A stretch of DNA of 64,000 nucleotides from Octopus vulgaris (taxonomy: Eukaryota). Under the pieces are notes generated by a model, which saw nothing but the letters and a program-made list of their open reading frames with translations, ran no database searches and had not been told where the DNA came from. This document shows positions 23,742-34,125 of the stretch, in pieces; position 1 is the first letter of the stretch, and every line of letters begins with the position of its first letter. The translations under genes and the position numbers were made by a program. The DNA lies in NCBI GenBank assembly GCA_951406725.2, contig OX597822.1, positions 59,644,001-59,708,000 of the forward strand, given 5' to 3'.

Positions 23742-26700
23742 TCAGAATTTGGGCACTATGGCCCACTCAAGTAGAGAGTTATTGTTTACAGAGACATATC
23801 CGGGTGTAGGGGGTTTATCCGGGATTTCTTGAAGGAATCTGTCCAAAGACTTCTTGAACCCTATAGGGTCAGTTTCTGTTTTAATGTGTTTTGGTGTAAT
23901 GTTAAAGAGAGCGGGGCCAATTGAGGTGAAATAATTGTGCCGTATTGTTGTTATGAGATGAGAGTGCGATTTTTGTTTTGGGCGGATGGCACGGGGCCCA
24001 AGCCTTGGATGTACCTTAAAGGTGATGCCAACATCATTTGGGCAATGCTGATGGAATATTTTCCACATCATGCAGATGATGTAGCGCTCACGACGACGTT
24101 GGAGAGAATAGAGTTTTAGCTTTTCTAGTCGACCCCAATAGTCGAGGCCTGTCATGCCATCTATCTTTTTTGTGATTGCCCTTTGAGGTGCTTCGACTTT
24201 TTTGATACCTTGTATTGTGTGGGGAGACCACAGTGGACAACAGTATTCAAGGTGGGGTCGGGCAAAAGTGGAGAAGAGAAGGATAATGGTGTGGATATCT
24301 CTCGACTGGAAAGTTCTGAGAATCCAGGAACACATTCTGCGGGCCATGTCAACTTTGGTGTTTATATGAGTGGCCCAGCTTACGTTGTTGTCCACAATTA
24401 CTCCCAAGTCTCTGATGTTGTTGGATGCCGCGAGAGTTTCACCTGAAGGAAGGGAGTATGGGAGTTTCAGGGCATCCTCTTTTCCAAAGTGGATTAGCTC
24501 AAATTTATCCTCGTTCAGCAGCATATTGTTTTTTTCTGCCCATTGGATAACAGCCAGTAGATCTGACTGAAGGCATGTCCGGTCACTCGCCTCATTTATG
24601 ACCTTCTGTATCTTGGAGTCATCTGCAAAGATTTTTATGTTGCTGTGCTTGATGATGTCATTAATGTCATTAATGTAAATGATGAAAAGAAGTGGGCCCA
24701 GCACAGTGCCTTGCGGAACGCCACTACTGACTTTGGCTGGGCTTGATTTTACCCCTTCAACTACAACATGTTGAGATCTGTCTGTCAGGAAACACTTAAT
24801 CCATTTCAGTAACTTTCCAGAGACACCAATGTTGGATAGTTTTTTCAATAGGATCTTGTGATCGACCCTGTCGAAGGCCTTACTGAAATCAAGGTAGATG
24901 ACATCGGTGTTGGAGCCCTCTCCCAAAGCTCTCAAAATGTCCTCAAAGTGATGCAGGAGCTGCGTTAGGCAGTCCCTTCCATTACGGAACCCATGTTGGT
25001 TGGAGATCAGCCGTCTGTTGCTTTCCAGAAATTGGGTTATTTGAGATCTCACCACCCTCTCAAATACCTTGATGATATGAGAGGTGAGTGAGATCGGACG
25101 GTAATTCACTGCAAGGGACTTGTTTCCCTTTTTGAAAACTGGGACAACAGACTGGGACAGAAGGTTTTTTGGAATATAGCCAGCATCCAGTGAGTTTCTC
25201 CACAGATTAGCAAGGGGAGATGCAAGTTGGTGTCGACACACCTTCAGGACACAAGCAGGGAACCTATCGGGGCCTACTGCTGAATTGTGTTTTATTTCGT
25301 TTATCGCCGCTAAGACATCAGGGGCACTAAACGTTATGTCCGATATAGTGTGTTGGGGGTTGACATCACTGATACAGCCCAGATCGGCCATATCAGGATT
25401 GCTGAAAACAGAGCAGTATTGTTTCTGCAGTATCTCGGCCATGGATTTGGCATTATCTTGGAGAGTGCCAGTTTCGTCAATTAGAGGGCCTACAGTGGAG
25501 ACAGTGACCCTGCGTTTCCTCGCAAATGAAAAGAACACTTTGGGGTTGAGTTTGATTTTTTCAATGGCCCACTTCTCCTCAGCTGATCTTTGGTTATTGA
25601 TGAGGGAATTCATGCATTGTTGGAGGTTATATTTTTTGGATTCAAGCAGTGCGATAGCCGTCGAATGTGTGTGTTGCTGTTGGCAGTACTTTAGTTTGTT
25701 AATTTTTTTGTTTGTTCTTTTTATTTTTCTGATAATGGTTTTTCTGTTTTGGGGGATTCTGCACTTTTTGTTCACAGGTCTTGGTGGGGAGTGTTTTGCA
25801 CATATGTCTGTGACGGTGTCTACAAAGATCTGCCAAGATGTTTTATGGTTGGTGGAGATGTGTGTATGTGTAAAGGACCAGTCAACATTTGATAGCTCGT
25901 TCCTGATTGCATCCCAGTTGGCTTTATGGAGATCCATGTTGTCAAATGGGTGGGCTGGAGGAAGGTCACTAGGATTAGCTTTCGGCTGGTGGAATTTCAT
26001 GTTACAGAGAACCATGTCATGGTCTGAAAGAAGGGTTTTTTCCACTGTAACGTTATGTATAGTGTTAGTGTGGTTACTAAACACTAGGTCCAAAATGTTC
26101 TGATGTCTTGTTGGTGCAAGGACAAGTTGGGACAAGAAAAACTCATTCGTAAAGTCGAAAAGTGACTCTGCTGCTTCTTTGTCAGCGGTTGAGGCGGGAG
26201 TGCTTGGTTTCAAACAGTTTGTAGTCCAGTCAACACAGGGTAGATTGAAGTCTCCCATCATGAGTATGTTGCTAGAATGGCACTGTTGAATAAAGCACTT
26301 AATGCTGTTGAGGCATTCTTTAAAGCACAGTATGGGTGTTTGGGGCGGCCTATAGAGCCCAATTACTGTCAGATCATTGGCTTTGTTGTGCACGGTGACT
26401 GATTCACAGTAGCCGTTGGAGAATATACTATTTCCATCTGCCGTAAATGAATCATGCAGGAAAATGGCAGTTCCACCCTTCCTCCTGCCGATACGATCCG
26501 CGCGGATGGTTGTGAAATTCTTCACTCTCACTTCGGCTTCCAAGTGGGAGTTGTCAAGGTGGGTCTCAGTGAGAATGAAGAAAGGGATGTGGTGTGAATG
26601 GTTACCAACCCAGTCTTCAATGAATTGGACCTTCCATTTTTGTGCATTGATGGAAGGGCTGACACCTTGTGCATTGAGTAGGAATGTGGAGGTTAGTGTA

Positions 26701-26981
26701 GTGGCTGGTTTTGACTGTTGCAGGGGGCTTGGATTTTTTGTGTGTGTTAGTGGCAGCAATGTGGGGAATTGGTGCACTGGGGTAATAGCATAGGATGGTG
26801 TTGAGTGATGGCTAGAATGTTTTTGTGTATCTCTTTTGCCATGTTCAACATGGCTAAAAAGAATTTTCCTGCTTAGGGAGCAGTTTTTGGCTGGAGGTGT
26901 GGTTGCACTGTTGGATAGGGTTGTAGTTTCCACTTTTGTTGTTGTTGTTTTTGTGTCTTCCTGAAAAGACTGGACCAGCAT
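23742..26981 (-). CDS. LINE ORF2: apurinic-type endonuclease + reverse transcriptase
   Basis: LLNAQG, LTETHL, GDFN, LDLVF, SDH (APE). YRPISLTS, QHGFR, YLDFSKAFD, SGVPQGTVLGP, FADD, DLGV (RT). 1079 aa uninterrupted. Confidence 0.95.
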   Translation of the reverse strand: MLVQSFQEDTKTTTTKVETTTLSNSATTPPAKNCSLSRKILFSHVEHGKRDTQKHSSHHSTPSYAITPVHQFPTLLPLTHTKNPSPLQQSKPATTLTSTFLLNAQGVSPSINAQKWKVQFIEDWVGNHSHHIPFFILTETHLDNSHLEAEVRVKNFTTIRADRIGRRKGGTAIFLHDSFTADGNSIFSNGYCESVTVHNKANDLTVIGLYRPPQTPILCFKECLNSIKCFIQQCHSSNILMMGDFNLPCVDWTTNCLKPSTPASTADKEAAESLFDFTNEFFLSQLVLAPTRHQNILDLVFSNHTNTIHNVTVEKTLLSDHDMVLCNMKFHQPKANPSDLPPAHPFDNMDLHKANWDAIRNELSNVDWSFTHTHISTNHKTSWQIFVDTVTDICAKHSPPRPVNKKCRIPQNRKTIIRKIKRTNKKINKLKYCQQQHTHSTAIALLESKKYNLQQCMNSLINNQRSAEEKWAIEKIKLNPKVFFSFARKRRVTVSTVGPLIDETGTLQDNAKSMAEILQKQYCSVFSNPDMADLGCISDVNPQHTISDITFSAPDVLAAINEIKHNSAVGPDRFPACVLKVCRHQLASPLANLWRNSLDAGYIPKNLLSQSVVPVFKKGNKSLAVNYRPISLTSHIIKVFERVVRSQITQFLESNRRLISNQHGFRNGRDCLTQLLHHFEDILRALGEGSNTDVIYLDFSKAFDRVDHKILLKKLSNIGVSGKLLKWIKCFLTDRSQHVVVEGVKSSPAKVSSGVPQGTVLGPLLFIIYINDINDIIKHSNIKIFADDSKIQKVINEASDRTCLQSDLLAVIQWAEKNNMLLNEDKFELIHFGKEDALKLPYSLPSGETLAASNNIRDLGVIVDNNVSWATHINTKVDMARRMCSWILRTFQSRDIHTIILLFSTFARPHLEYCCPLWSPHTIQGIKKVEAPQRAITKKIDGMTGLDYWGRLEKLKLYSLQRRRERYIICMMWKIFHQHCPNDVGITFKVHPRLGPRAIRPKQKSHSHLITTIRHNYFTSIGPALFNITPKHIKTETDPIGFKKSLDRFLQEIPDKPPTPGYVSVNNNSLLEWAIVPKF

Positions 26982-27975
26982 TACTGCAGCATGGTGTGTT
27001 TCTATTTTTATTGTTATTCAGGTTTGTGTGTTGGCTTGAGGCCCCGTTTCTGTTTGTGCGTCGGGTCCCTGGAAGATGAGTGAAGGGACAGTCACTCAGT
27101 AGACATGTTCTCTCACGTTGGGAATACCGGCAGATTTTGGGACTCCGAGTTGTGTGTGTTTTGAATTTCGATTTACTATTTGGTGGTGTTGATGTTATTG
27201 TGGGATGCGTGCTTTGGCCTTGGCCAGTAGTGCGTCTAGTGCCGGGTAGATGCGTGAAGATGCAGTCACTATTTGTGCAGAGTCTCTGGCGCAGTGAATA
27301 GCGGCATATTTGGGGATTTCTTGTTTGTGCCGTGGGGGGCGCATTCTGCTTCCTATGTTTCTTTAAGTTTTTGTTACTGCAGTAGTATTGAGGTGGTGAT
27401 GTGGGGGAAGAGGGCAGTGGTTTCTTATTTGGTTTTCTGTTGGTATTTTTGGTGATAGAAGACGATGGTGGCAGCGGTGGTGATGATGATGATGATAATT
27501 GTGGTGGTTGCTGTGAGAGCGGTGAAAAGATACTGGCATTTAGTGAATCGTCTAGTAAGCTAGAGTTGAGGAGTGGCTGTTGTTGTTCTTGTTGCTGTGG
27601 CTGTTGTTGTTGTTGTTGTGCCTGACCGATGTCAGGGTCAGCCATTGTGTTGGGAACCAGGAGTGGCTCATTCTGTTGTTGTTGTTGTTGTGGCTGCTGA
27701 TTTTCTAGCTGTTGTTGTTCTTGAACTGTGAAAATATGTAGAAGCTTTTCATAATGGCCTCTTATCAGTTTGAAAGATACTTCGATATGTTTCAACTTGC
27801 TACGAATCTGTTTGACGGATCGTGTGTTGACCACTTGTGATGTTTTTTCGGCAATCTCATTCAAACACAAGACATTTAGATTTTCTGTTTGGGAAAGAGA
27901 GAGCCATGTGTTTATTAAAACATCAATTTCGTTATCAGACCAATTTCGTCTGTTGCAGGCCTGCAAGTTAGTCAT
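26854..27975 (-). CDS. LINE ORF1: Myb/SANT-like N-terminus, Q/S/P-rich linker, two CCCH zinc fingers
   Basis: RRNWSDNEIDVLINTW..RSVKQIRSKLKHI. CRYSLRQRLCTNSDCIFTH and CRYSQRERTCLLSDCPFTH (C-x8-C-x4-C-x3-H), each followed by LPGTRRT. Confidence 0.8.
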   Translation of the reverse strand: MTNLQACNRRNWSDNEIDVLINTWLSLSQTENLNVLCLNEIAEKTSQVVNTRSVKQIRSKLKHIEVSFKLIRGHYEKLLHIFTVQEQQQLENQQPQQQQQQNEPLLVPNTMADPDIGQAQQQQQQPQQQEQQQPLLNSSLLDDSLNASIFSPLSQQPPQLSSSSSPPLPPSSSITKNTNRKPNKKPLPSSPTSPPQYYCSNKNLKKHRKQNAPPTAQTRNPQICRYSLRQRLCTNSDCIFTHLPGTRRTTGQGQSTHPTITSTPPNSKSKFKTHTTRSPKICRYSQRERTCLLSDCPFTHLPGTRRTNRNGASSQHTNLNNNKNRNTPCCSNAGPVFSGRHKNNNNKSGNYNPIQQCNHTSSQKLLPKQENSF

Positions 27976-28333
27976 GTTTGTTTTTCTTTTGTTTGTTTTC
28001 CTTTTGATTTTTGAAAATATATATATTCTTTCTTGGGAGTTAAAGAAGTGTATATATATATAAATGTTCTCTCTTAAGGGTGTGAGTTTTTGATTATTTG
28101 GTTGTTTGAGGATATTAAAAGAAAAACAGGTGTATATAACAATTTGTAGTTAAATGAAAACGTACTTACGGGTTTGTAGGCAAACACGTGGTTACAAATA
28201 TATATATATTTAAGGTCAGTTAGTTTTGAAGCTGTGTAGCTTGCTACTGACTCGGGAGAGAAACAAATAGACGTCCGTCCAGTTCAACAGTTAATCCACA
28301 TATATATATAATATATATAATATAAGTATATAT

Positions 28334-28365
<32 letters not shown>

Positions 28366-28388
28366 ATATATATAATATAAGTATATAT

Positions 28389-28420
<32 letters not shown>

Positions 28421-28473
28421 ATATAAGTATATATTATATATATATATATATAATATATAATATAAGTATATAT

Positions 28474-28504
<31 letters not shown>

Positions 28505-28674
28505 ATACAAATATATATATATATAATATAAGTATATATTATATACATATATTATACATATATATAATATAAGTATATATTATATACATATATTATACAT
28601 ATATATAATATATAAATATATATTATATATAATATATATATAATATAAATATATATAGTATATATATATTTTTC

Positions 28675-29937
28675 TCTCTAGTTTCAGCTCAGAGCTGGAG
28701 CCATGCTGATGCACCGCCGTTTTGCTACACTGTTATTACTCTGAGCCTCCTCTAATATGTGGCACTTGGTGAAGAATGGAGTTTGATATAGCTACCCTCA
28801 TTTGCATCTCTTGCTGTGAGGTAGGTTCATCTGGGAATCTTGACAGGAAGAGGTCCAGCTTTGATTTAAAAACCCCTACTTCTACTTTGTACAGGTTTCT
28901 CAGACTGTTTGGGATAATATTAAAAAGCAGTGGGCCTCTGAAACCCAGGCTGTTGCAGTAACTGGTCCTGAAGCGCAATGGCGTTGCTGGGATCTTTGGC
29001 ACTATGCAGTGTCGTCCCGCTCTGGCATTGGTGTAGTTTTCATTGCCAAAATTTGGTACAATTCCTTCCAGGATCTTCCAGATATATATTACTGCATACC
29101 TCTCCCGTCTTCTTTCCAGGGAGTAGAGTTTTAGCTGTTTCAACCTTTCCCAGTAGCTGAGCTGTTGCAAAGTGACGATCTTCTTTGTGAATCTTCTCTG
29201 GATTGCTTCATTGTCCGCTGTTAATTTCACACTGGAGGGTGACCATAACTGTGAGCAGTAATCCAGGCGGCTGAGGACGAATGTCCGCCAGAGGACCATC
29301 ATGGTTTCCTTATCTCTGATTCTGAATGTTCTTAGGATTCATCCAGCCAGTTGTCTGCACTTTGTCGCCATCCTGGTAATGTACACTTAGAAAGTGTTAT
29401 CATCACTCATGTCGATACCCAGGTCCCTCATTGGGATTGAAATTCCCTGTGGACTGGTGTACCCTGTAAGTTTCATATTCAGTTTTGGATGCTGGTAGCG
29501 CAGGGCTTGGAATTTTTCAGCAATAAATTGCATATTGTTATCCTCAGCCCATCTGTAAATTGAGTCCAACTCCTACTGCAGGTGTGCAACATCACTGGGG
29601 TTCTGTATTTTCTGCGAGACTTTCGTATCATCTGCATAGCTATCCGGCATTTGAGGGCATATCTGAGAGGGCCGCTATGAAAAGCGGTGATCCCAAGACA
29701 GTGCTCTGTGGAACACCGCTCACTATTTGTGTGTTCATAGAGGTGGCGCCATTAACCACTACTGCCTGACTCCTATCTTTCAGAAAGTCATGTAACTACT
29801 CTCCAAGTTTTTCAGCTATGCCAAGATCACGCAGTTTGTGGTATATCATGCCATGATCTCCCTTGTCAAAAGCTTTTGCAAAATCAAGGTATATTGCGTC
29901 CACATTTGATTTGTTGAGTAACTGCCTCAACACCCAG
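28675..29937 (-). pseudogene. Degraded, 5'-truncated CR1-group LINE (RT and C-terminus)
   Basis: Fragments YLDFAKAFD, SGVPQS, YADD, LDYCSQLWSP, YWERLKQLKLYSLERRRERY, with stops and frameshifts. Paralogous to ORF2 at 23742-26981. Confidence 0.88.
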
Positions 29938-30017
29938 TCATATATATATATAATATATAAATATATATTATATATATAATATAAATATATATTATATATA
30001 TAATATAAATATATATA

Positions 30018-30062
<45 letters not shown>

Positions 30063-30269
30063 ATAAGTGTAGATCGTATATGAGTGGGTATATATTTATA
30101 AAAAAGAAGTTTGAAAACGCCACTATATAAGATAAATTTTATTTTTTTAGAAATTTTACACGTTTCGGTTCTTCTTGAAAAAACGAATCTTATCAAAAAT
30201 ATTTTAAAAAGTTAAGTGTAGTAAAAAAGTTCATAATTGTTTCTTACTGGTCTCAACAGAATCCACGTG

Positions 30270-30903
30270 GTTGTTTTTAGCTGTCTTATGTGTCACGTGT
30301 GGAACGGATCCGTCTGTCGGCCGAGTCTGTAGTGATGATTGCACCGCCGCCTTCCTTCAATCGGGCAGGCAAGGCAGCTTTCCTTTGCCTGTTGGCTGTG
30401 GCGAAAGAGGTTGTTTGGCGGACAAGGCTGAAAGACATGAGGACAGATACATTCCTCTTTGGTAGAACTCTCATTGACTTTTCTAGTTTCACTTGAAAAC
30501 GAAATTAAGAATGGAGGGGGAAGTACTGTCCTTGAGTGAATTTATCGAAAGTTGCGAAAATGGCAAGAGTGGATAGTACCTCTCTAAGTGTAGACCTGAG
30601 AGTCGGAGAGTAGGAATTAGAGAGGGCACTTGCTCAAAGGGTTTCAGGGAAATCTCGGACGGTGGGGTTCCTTGATTATCCCTTGAGGCGTTCTTGTATC
30701 AGGGAGGCCACATCTCTATCATCCTCCTCCCCACTTTTTTGTACCTCTGTATGCTATGTATATGTCTCCTCTTTCCCAGTGTATACTGTGTATATTTTCT
30801 ATTTATTTATTTTTATCATTTCATTATTATATGCAAACCCCCACATTTTATGTCTGTCTCTGTATTGTTTCCCTCATCTTTCGCCCTCGTGGCAAATAAA
30901 TGA
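30270..30903 (+). mobile_element. Degraded Tx1/L1-like 3' fragment related to 13830-14757
   Basis: SRVERIRLSAESVVMIAPPPSFNRAGKAAFL..AVAKEVVWRTRLK aligns with ORF 13990-14307. Ends gtggcaaataaa. Confidence 0.7.
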
Positions 30904-30939
30904 AATTATTACTATTATTATTATTATTATTATTATTAC

Positions 30940-32612
30940 TTTTTTTTTCTTCTTTCAAATTTTCTTCCATTTCTTGCCGAGTGTCTTCCCGACTCCTAGG
31001 GCAAAGAAACTCATAGTGTATATTGGTAGGCCATTAAACCAAACTCAGTAGTTCGTTCATTTTTTTTTTTTTTTTTTTTTAAGTTAAATTAAAATACATG
31101 AGCAGCAACAGTTCTCACATCGACAATGCTCTTCTCAATACGTGTGATGTACCAGTTAAGACAATCTTTTGCACTTCTTGCAAGGATGGTAAGCCAGGGA
31201 TCATTCTCATATAATTTTCGGTTCCCTTCTTGATCATTCCTAGTGCTCCTACGATCACTGGTATTGTAACCGCCTTGAGATGCCACATTTTCTCAATTTC
31301 AATGAGTAGGTCTTTATATTTTCTGAGCTTGTCAAACTCTTTCGCTGAGATATTATGATCACAGGGGATGCTCATGTCGATCAATAAGCAAACTTTATTG
31401 TTTTGGTCTTTCACAACAATACCTGGTTTATTGGCCTTGATGGTTCGGTCTGTATGTACTGGAAAGTCCCACAGAATGGTTACATTTTCTCCTTCAGTTA
31501 CAGCCTTGTCGGCAGTTTTGATATTGTAATGCCGACTTATTAGCCAGTGGAGATATTGGCCAACTCTGTCATGTCTTAATTTATACTCCACTGGTGCTAA
31601 GACTTTACATCCAGAGATTAGGTGGTCCACTGTTTCAATCATGTCGTTGCAGAATCGGCATTTTGGGTCTGCTCCATTTTTCATCACATTGGCCTGGTAG
31701 TTCCGGGTTAATAGGCTTTGGTCTTGAGCAGCCAGGATGAAACCTTCGCTCTCTGCTTTTAGCCCTGAGCTCCGCAGCCACTGATGGGTTTGCTTCTGGT
31801 CAACATCAGCTTGTTTGCTGCAGGTCACATATTTGCCGTGCAGAGGTTTCTCCTCCCACCTATCAGCCAATTGCTCGTGCGCTTTTTTCATTGCCATCAT
31901 TTTCACCTTCTTTGCAACAATAGTTGCCGTACTTCCCTCGGGTTGTTCAGTTTGGGTATCCTGCACGAGATCAATAGCAAATTTTTTGCTTTCCTTGATG
32001 ATAGAATGAAGCTTCTTTCGTCTCTCGTGATTTTCCACGAGCTTTAGCATCCAGTCATTCGATATTTCGAGATATTTGTCCAGTCCAATTGTGGTTGTTT
32101 TGTAAGCTAGTTCAAATTGGATCAGGCCTCGACCTCCTTGGGCTCTGGGAAGGTAAAGGCGATCTACGTCTGCCTTTGGGTGGTGCATCCTATTACAACT
32201 CAGCAGCTTGCGTATTTTTCTATCTATATTCTTTACTTCACTCATATTCCAGTTCAACACATTGTAGCTATAAGTAACAACTGGAACTGCTAAGGAATTT
32301 ATAGCTAACACCTTGTTATGTGCATTTAGTTCAGATTTCAGGACTGCACGAACTCTCCTATAACATTCCTTCCTGATTTTCTCTTTCATGCTTGCATGCT
32401 GAATACCAGAGCCTTCATTTATCCCTAAATATTTGTATGTTTGTTCTTGCTCAAGCCCTCTTATGACTGTGTCAACATCTAACACGACTGAATTTGTGGT
32501 CTTCACTTTCCCTTTCTGGAAAGTGGCCTTGGCACACTTCTCAAGTCCAAACTCCATCCCGATGTCATCGCTGAATGCTTTCACGGTGCGCAATAGGCCT
32601 TCAAGTTCATTA
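30940..32612 (-). mobile_element. 5'-truncated R4/Dong-type non-LTR retrotransposon
   Basis: RT thumb, CCHC knuckle and restriction-like endonuclease. Bounded by (TTA)n-type tracts. Confidence 0.88.
31115..32593 (-). CDS. R4/Dong ORF C-terminal half (RT end, CCHC, RLE); truncated and probably inactive
   Basis: IGMEFGLEKCA, YKYLG, RLYLPRAQGGRGL, CRFC..ETVDHLISGC, RHD, ILWDF, KPGIV (normally PD), IDMSIP, K..KY. Confidence 0.88.
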   Translation of the reverse strand: MRTVKAFSDDIGMEFGLEKCAKATFQKGKVKTTNSVVLDVDTVIRGLEQEQTYKYLGINEGSGIQHASMKEKIRKECYRRVRAVLKSELNAHNKVLAINSLAVPVVTYSYNVLNWNMSEVKNIDRKIRKLLSCNRMHHPKADVDRLYLPRAQGGRGLIQFELAYKTTTIGLDKYLEISNDWMLKLVENHERRKKLHSIIKESKKFAIDLVQDTQTEQPEGSTATIVAKKVKMMAMKKAHEQLADRWEEKPLHGKYVTCSKQADVDQKQTHQWLRSSGLKAESEGFILAAQDQSLLTRNYQANVMKNGADPKCRFCNDMIETVDHLISGCKVLAPVEYKLRHDRVGQYLHWLISRHYNIKTADKAVTEGENVTILWDFPVHTDRTIKANKPGIVVKDQNNKVCLLIDMSIPCDHNISAKEFDKLRKYKDLLIEIEKMWHLKAVTIPVIVGALGMIKKGTENYMRMIPGLPSLQEVQKIVLTGTSHVLRRALSM

Positions 32613-32676
32613 TTGTATTTTTATTATTATTATTATCCATATTATTCAGTTTTAGAAATATCGAAGCATATCTTTG

Positions 32677-32758
<82 letters not shown>

Positions 32759-33709
32759 AGTAAGTGTATTTATTTATAATTATATATCAATTTAAATTGT
32801 TAGCAATTCAACCGTTTGCACGTAATTTGCGTAGAAACGAACTAACACCATTGTCTGTTTGAAACAACAAACGAAGTTGTTATTCCATTTCTATACCTTC
32901 TCTTTTTTTTCTCTCTCTCTCTCTCTAATAACTCCCACAACGTATAGTGTTATAACATTCTAATTAATCATTCTTTTCCAATCAATTTTATTTCTACCCG
33001 GAAATATACCAGAAATTTGAGGAAAAGAGCAATAGATTAATTCGGCCTTAGTACTCGACTGATACTTTTATTTTATTGATGAAAGATTAGGTTCATCTTG
33101 CTATGATTTCAACTCCAAATCTAAAAAGCCGGAACAAATACAGCAAAGCATCTTTTATTAACGCTTTAACGATTCAACTGCTCAACTGTCCTAATTATAC
33201 TTTCTTTTTGAGTTTTACTTATATTTTCAAACACAGCTCCACTTCAAATATTGGTTTCAAACTTTGACACAAGGCTAGCAAGCTTGGGAGAGTGAGTAAC
33301 TTGATTACATCAACCCCAGTACTGAACTGATACTTATTTTATCAATACCGAAAGGAGGAAAAGCAAAGTCGACCTCGGCGAAATTTGAACTCACAACGTA
33401 AAGATGGACGAAATGCCGCTAAGCATTTCTTACCACTAAAGCTGTATGAACCATCTCAAAGCAACGCGTGATAAATCATCTGAGCGTCATAGTCATAGAC
33501 ATGCGAGAACCTCACTTCAAGTCCCATTCAAGGGCGATGGACATCGATGTTTCGCCATTTTTGTGGCTTATCAACGTCACATACCTGAACCGAACCGGAG
33601 GCAAATAGCTTAGCTTGCCCACGACTTTATGTAAAATGGTATAAACTCCATCTGCTGGTATACCTGAACGATGAATACGTAGGAGTAAATTCAAATAGGG
33701 GTCTGCTTT

Positions 33710-33770
<61 letters not shown>

Positions 33771-33899
33771 CTTACTTGGAAGAGGATGTGTGGCTTTTAA
33801 TCATATAATAATATAAATAATATATATATATATATATGTTTATATACATACATATATGTACATACTTACATCTATATGCATATATATATATATGCATAT

Positions 33900-34125
33900 G
33901 TGGGAACAAGACGTCATGAAACGTGTACAACAAAAAAATACGAAGTACGAGTACAACGAAAGACACGAATGGAAAACAAGACAAACAACATAATGAACGA
34001 CCCTTCATCAGTTGTTGGCTGTTTTTCTACTCTCGTATTTCGATCATTTAACAACAATATACGCTTTCGATAAAACAGCTGCTCCCGCAAAGCAAATTAA
34101 ATAAAATTTGTATTTTTGCTAACAC
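33900..34125 (-). repeat. Microsatellite-embedded dispersed repeat; inverted homolog of 16512-16670
   Basis: Shared caactgatgaaggg.cgttc..tgttgtttgtcttgttttccatt. Confidence 0.7.

Larger units (their letters stand above)
23660..28299 (-). mobile_element. Full-length, apparently intact CR1/L2-group LINE
   Basis: 5' UTR, ORF1, overlapping ORF2 (APE + RT), short 3' UTR ending (tatcaaag)2. Embedded in an AT minisatellite. Confidence 0.9.

Noticed and set aside
25285-26793. Plus-strand ORFs of 272 and 125 aa
   Set aside because: Antisense shadows of LINE ORF2.
28030-28166. GTAAGT donor-like site in the LINE 5' UTR (possible intron)
   Set aside because: Only a consensus hexamer with a weak acceptor; cannot be supported without transcripts.
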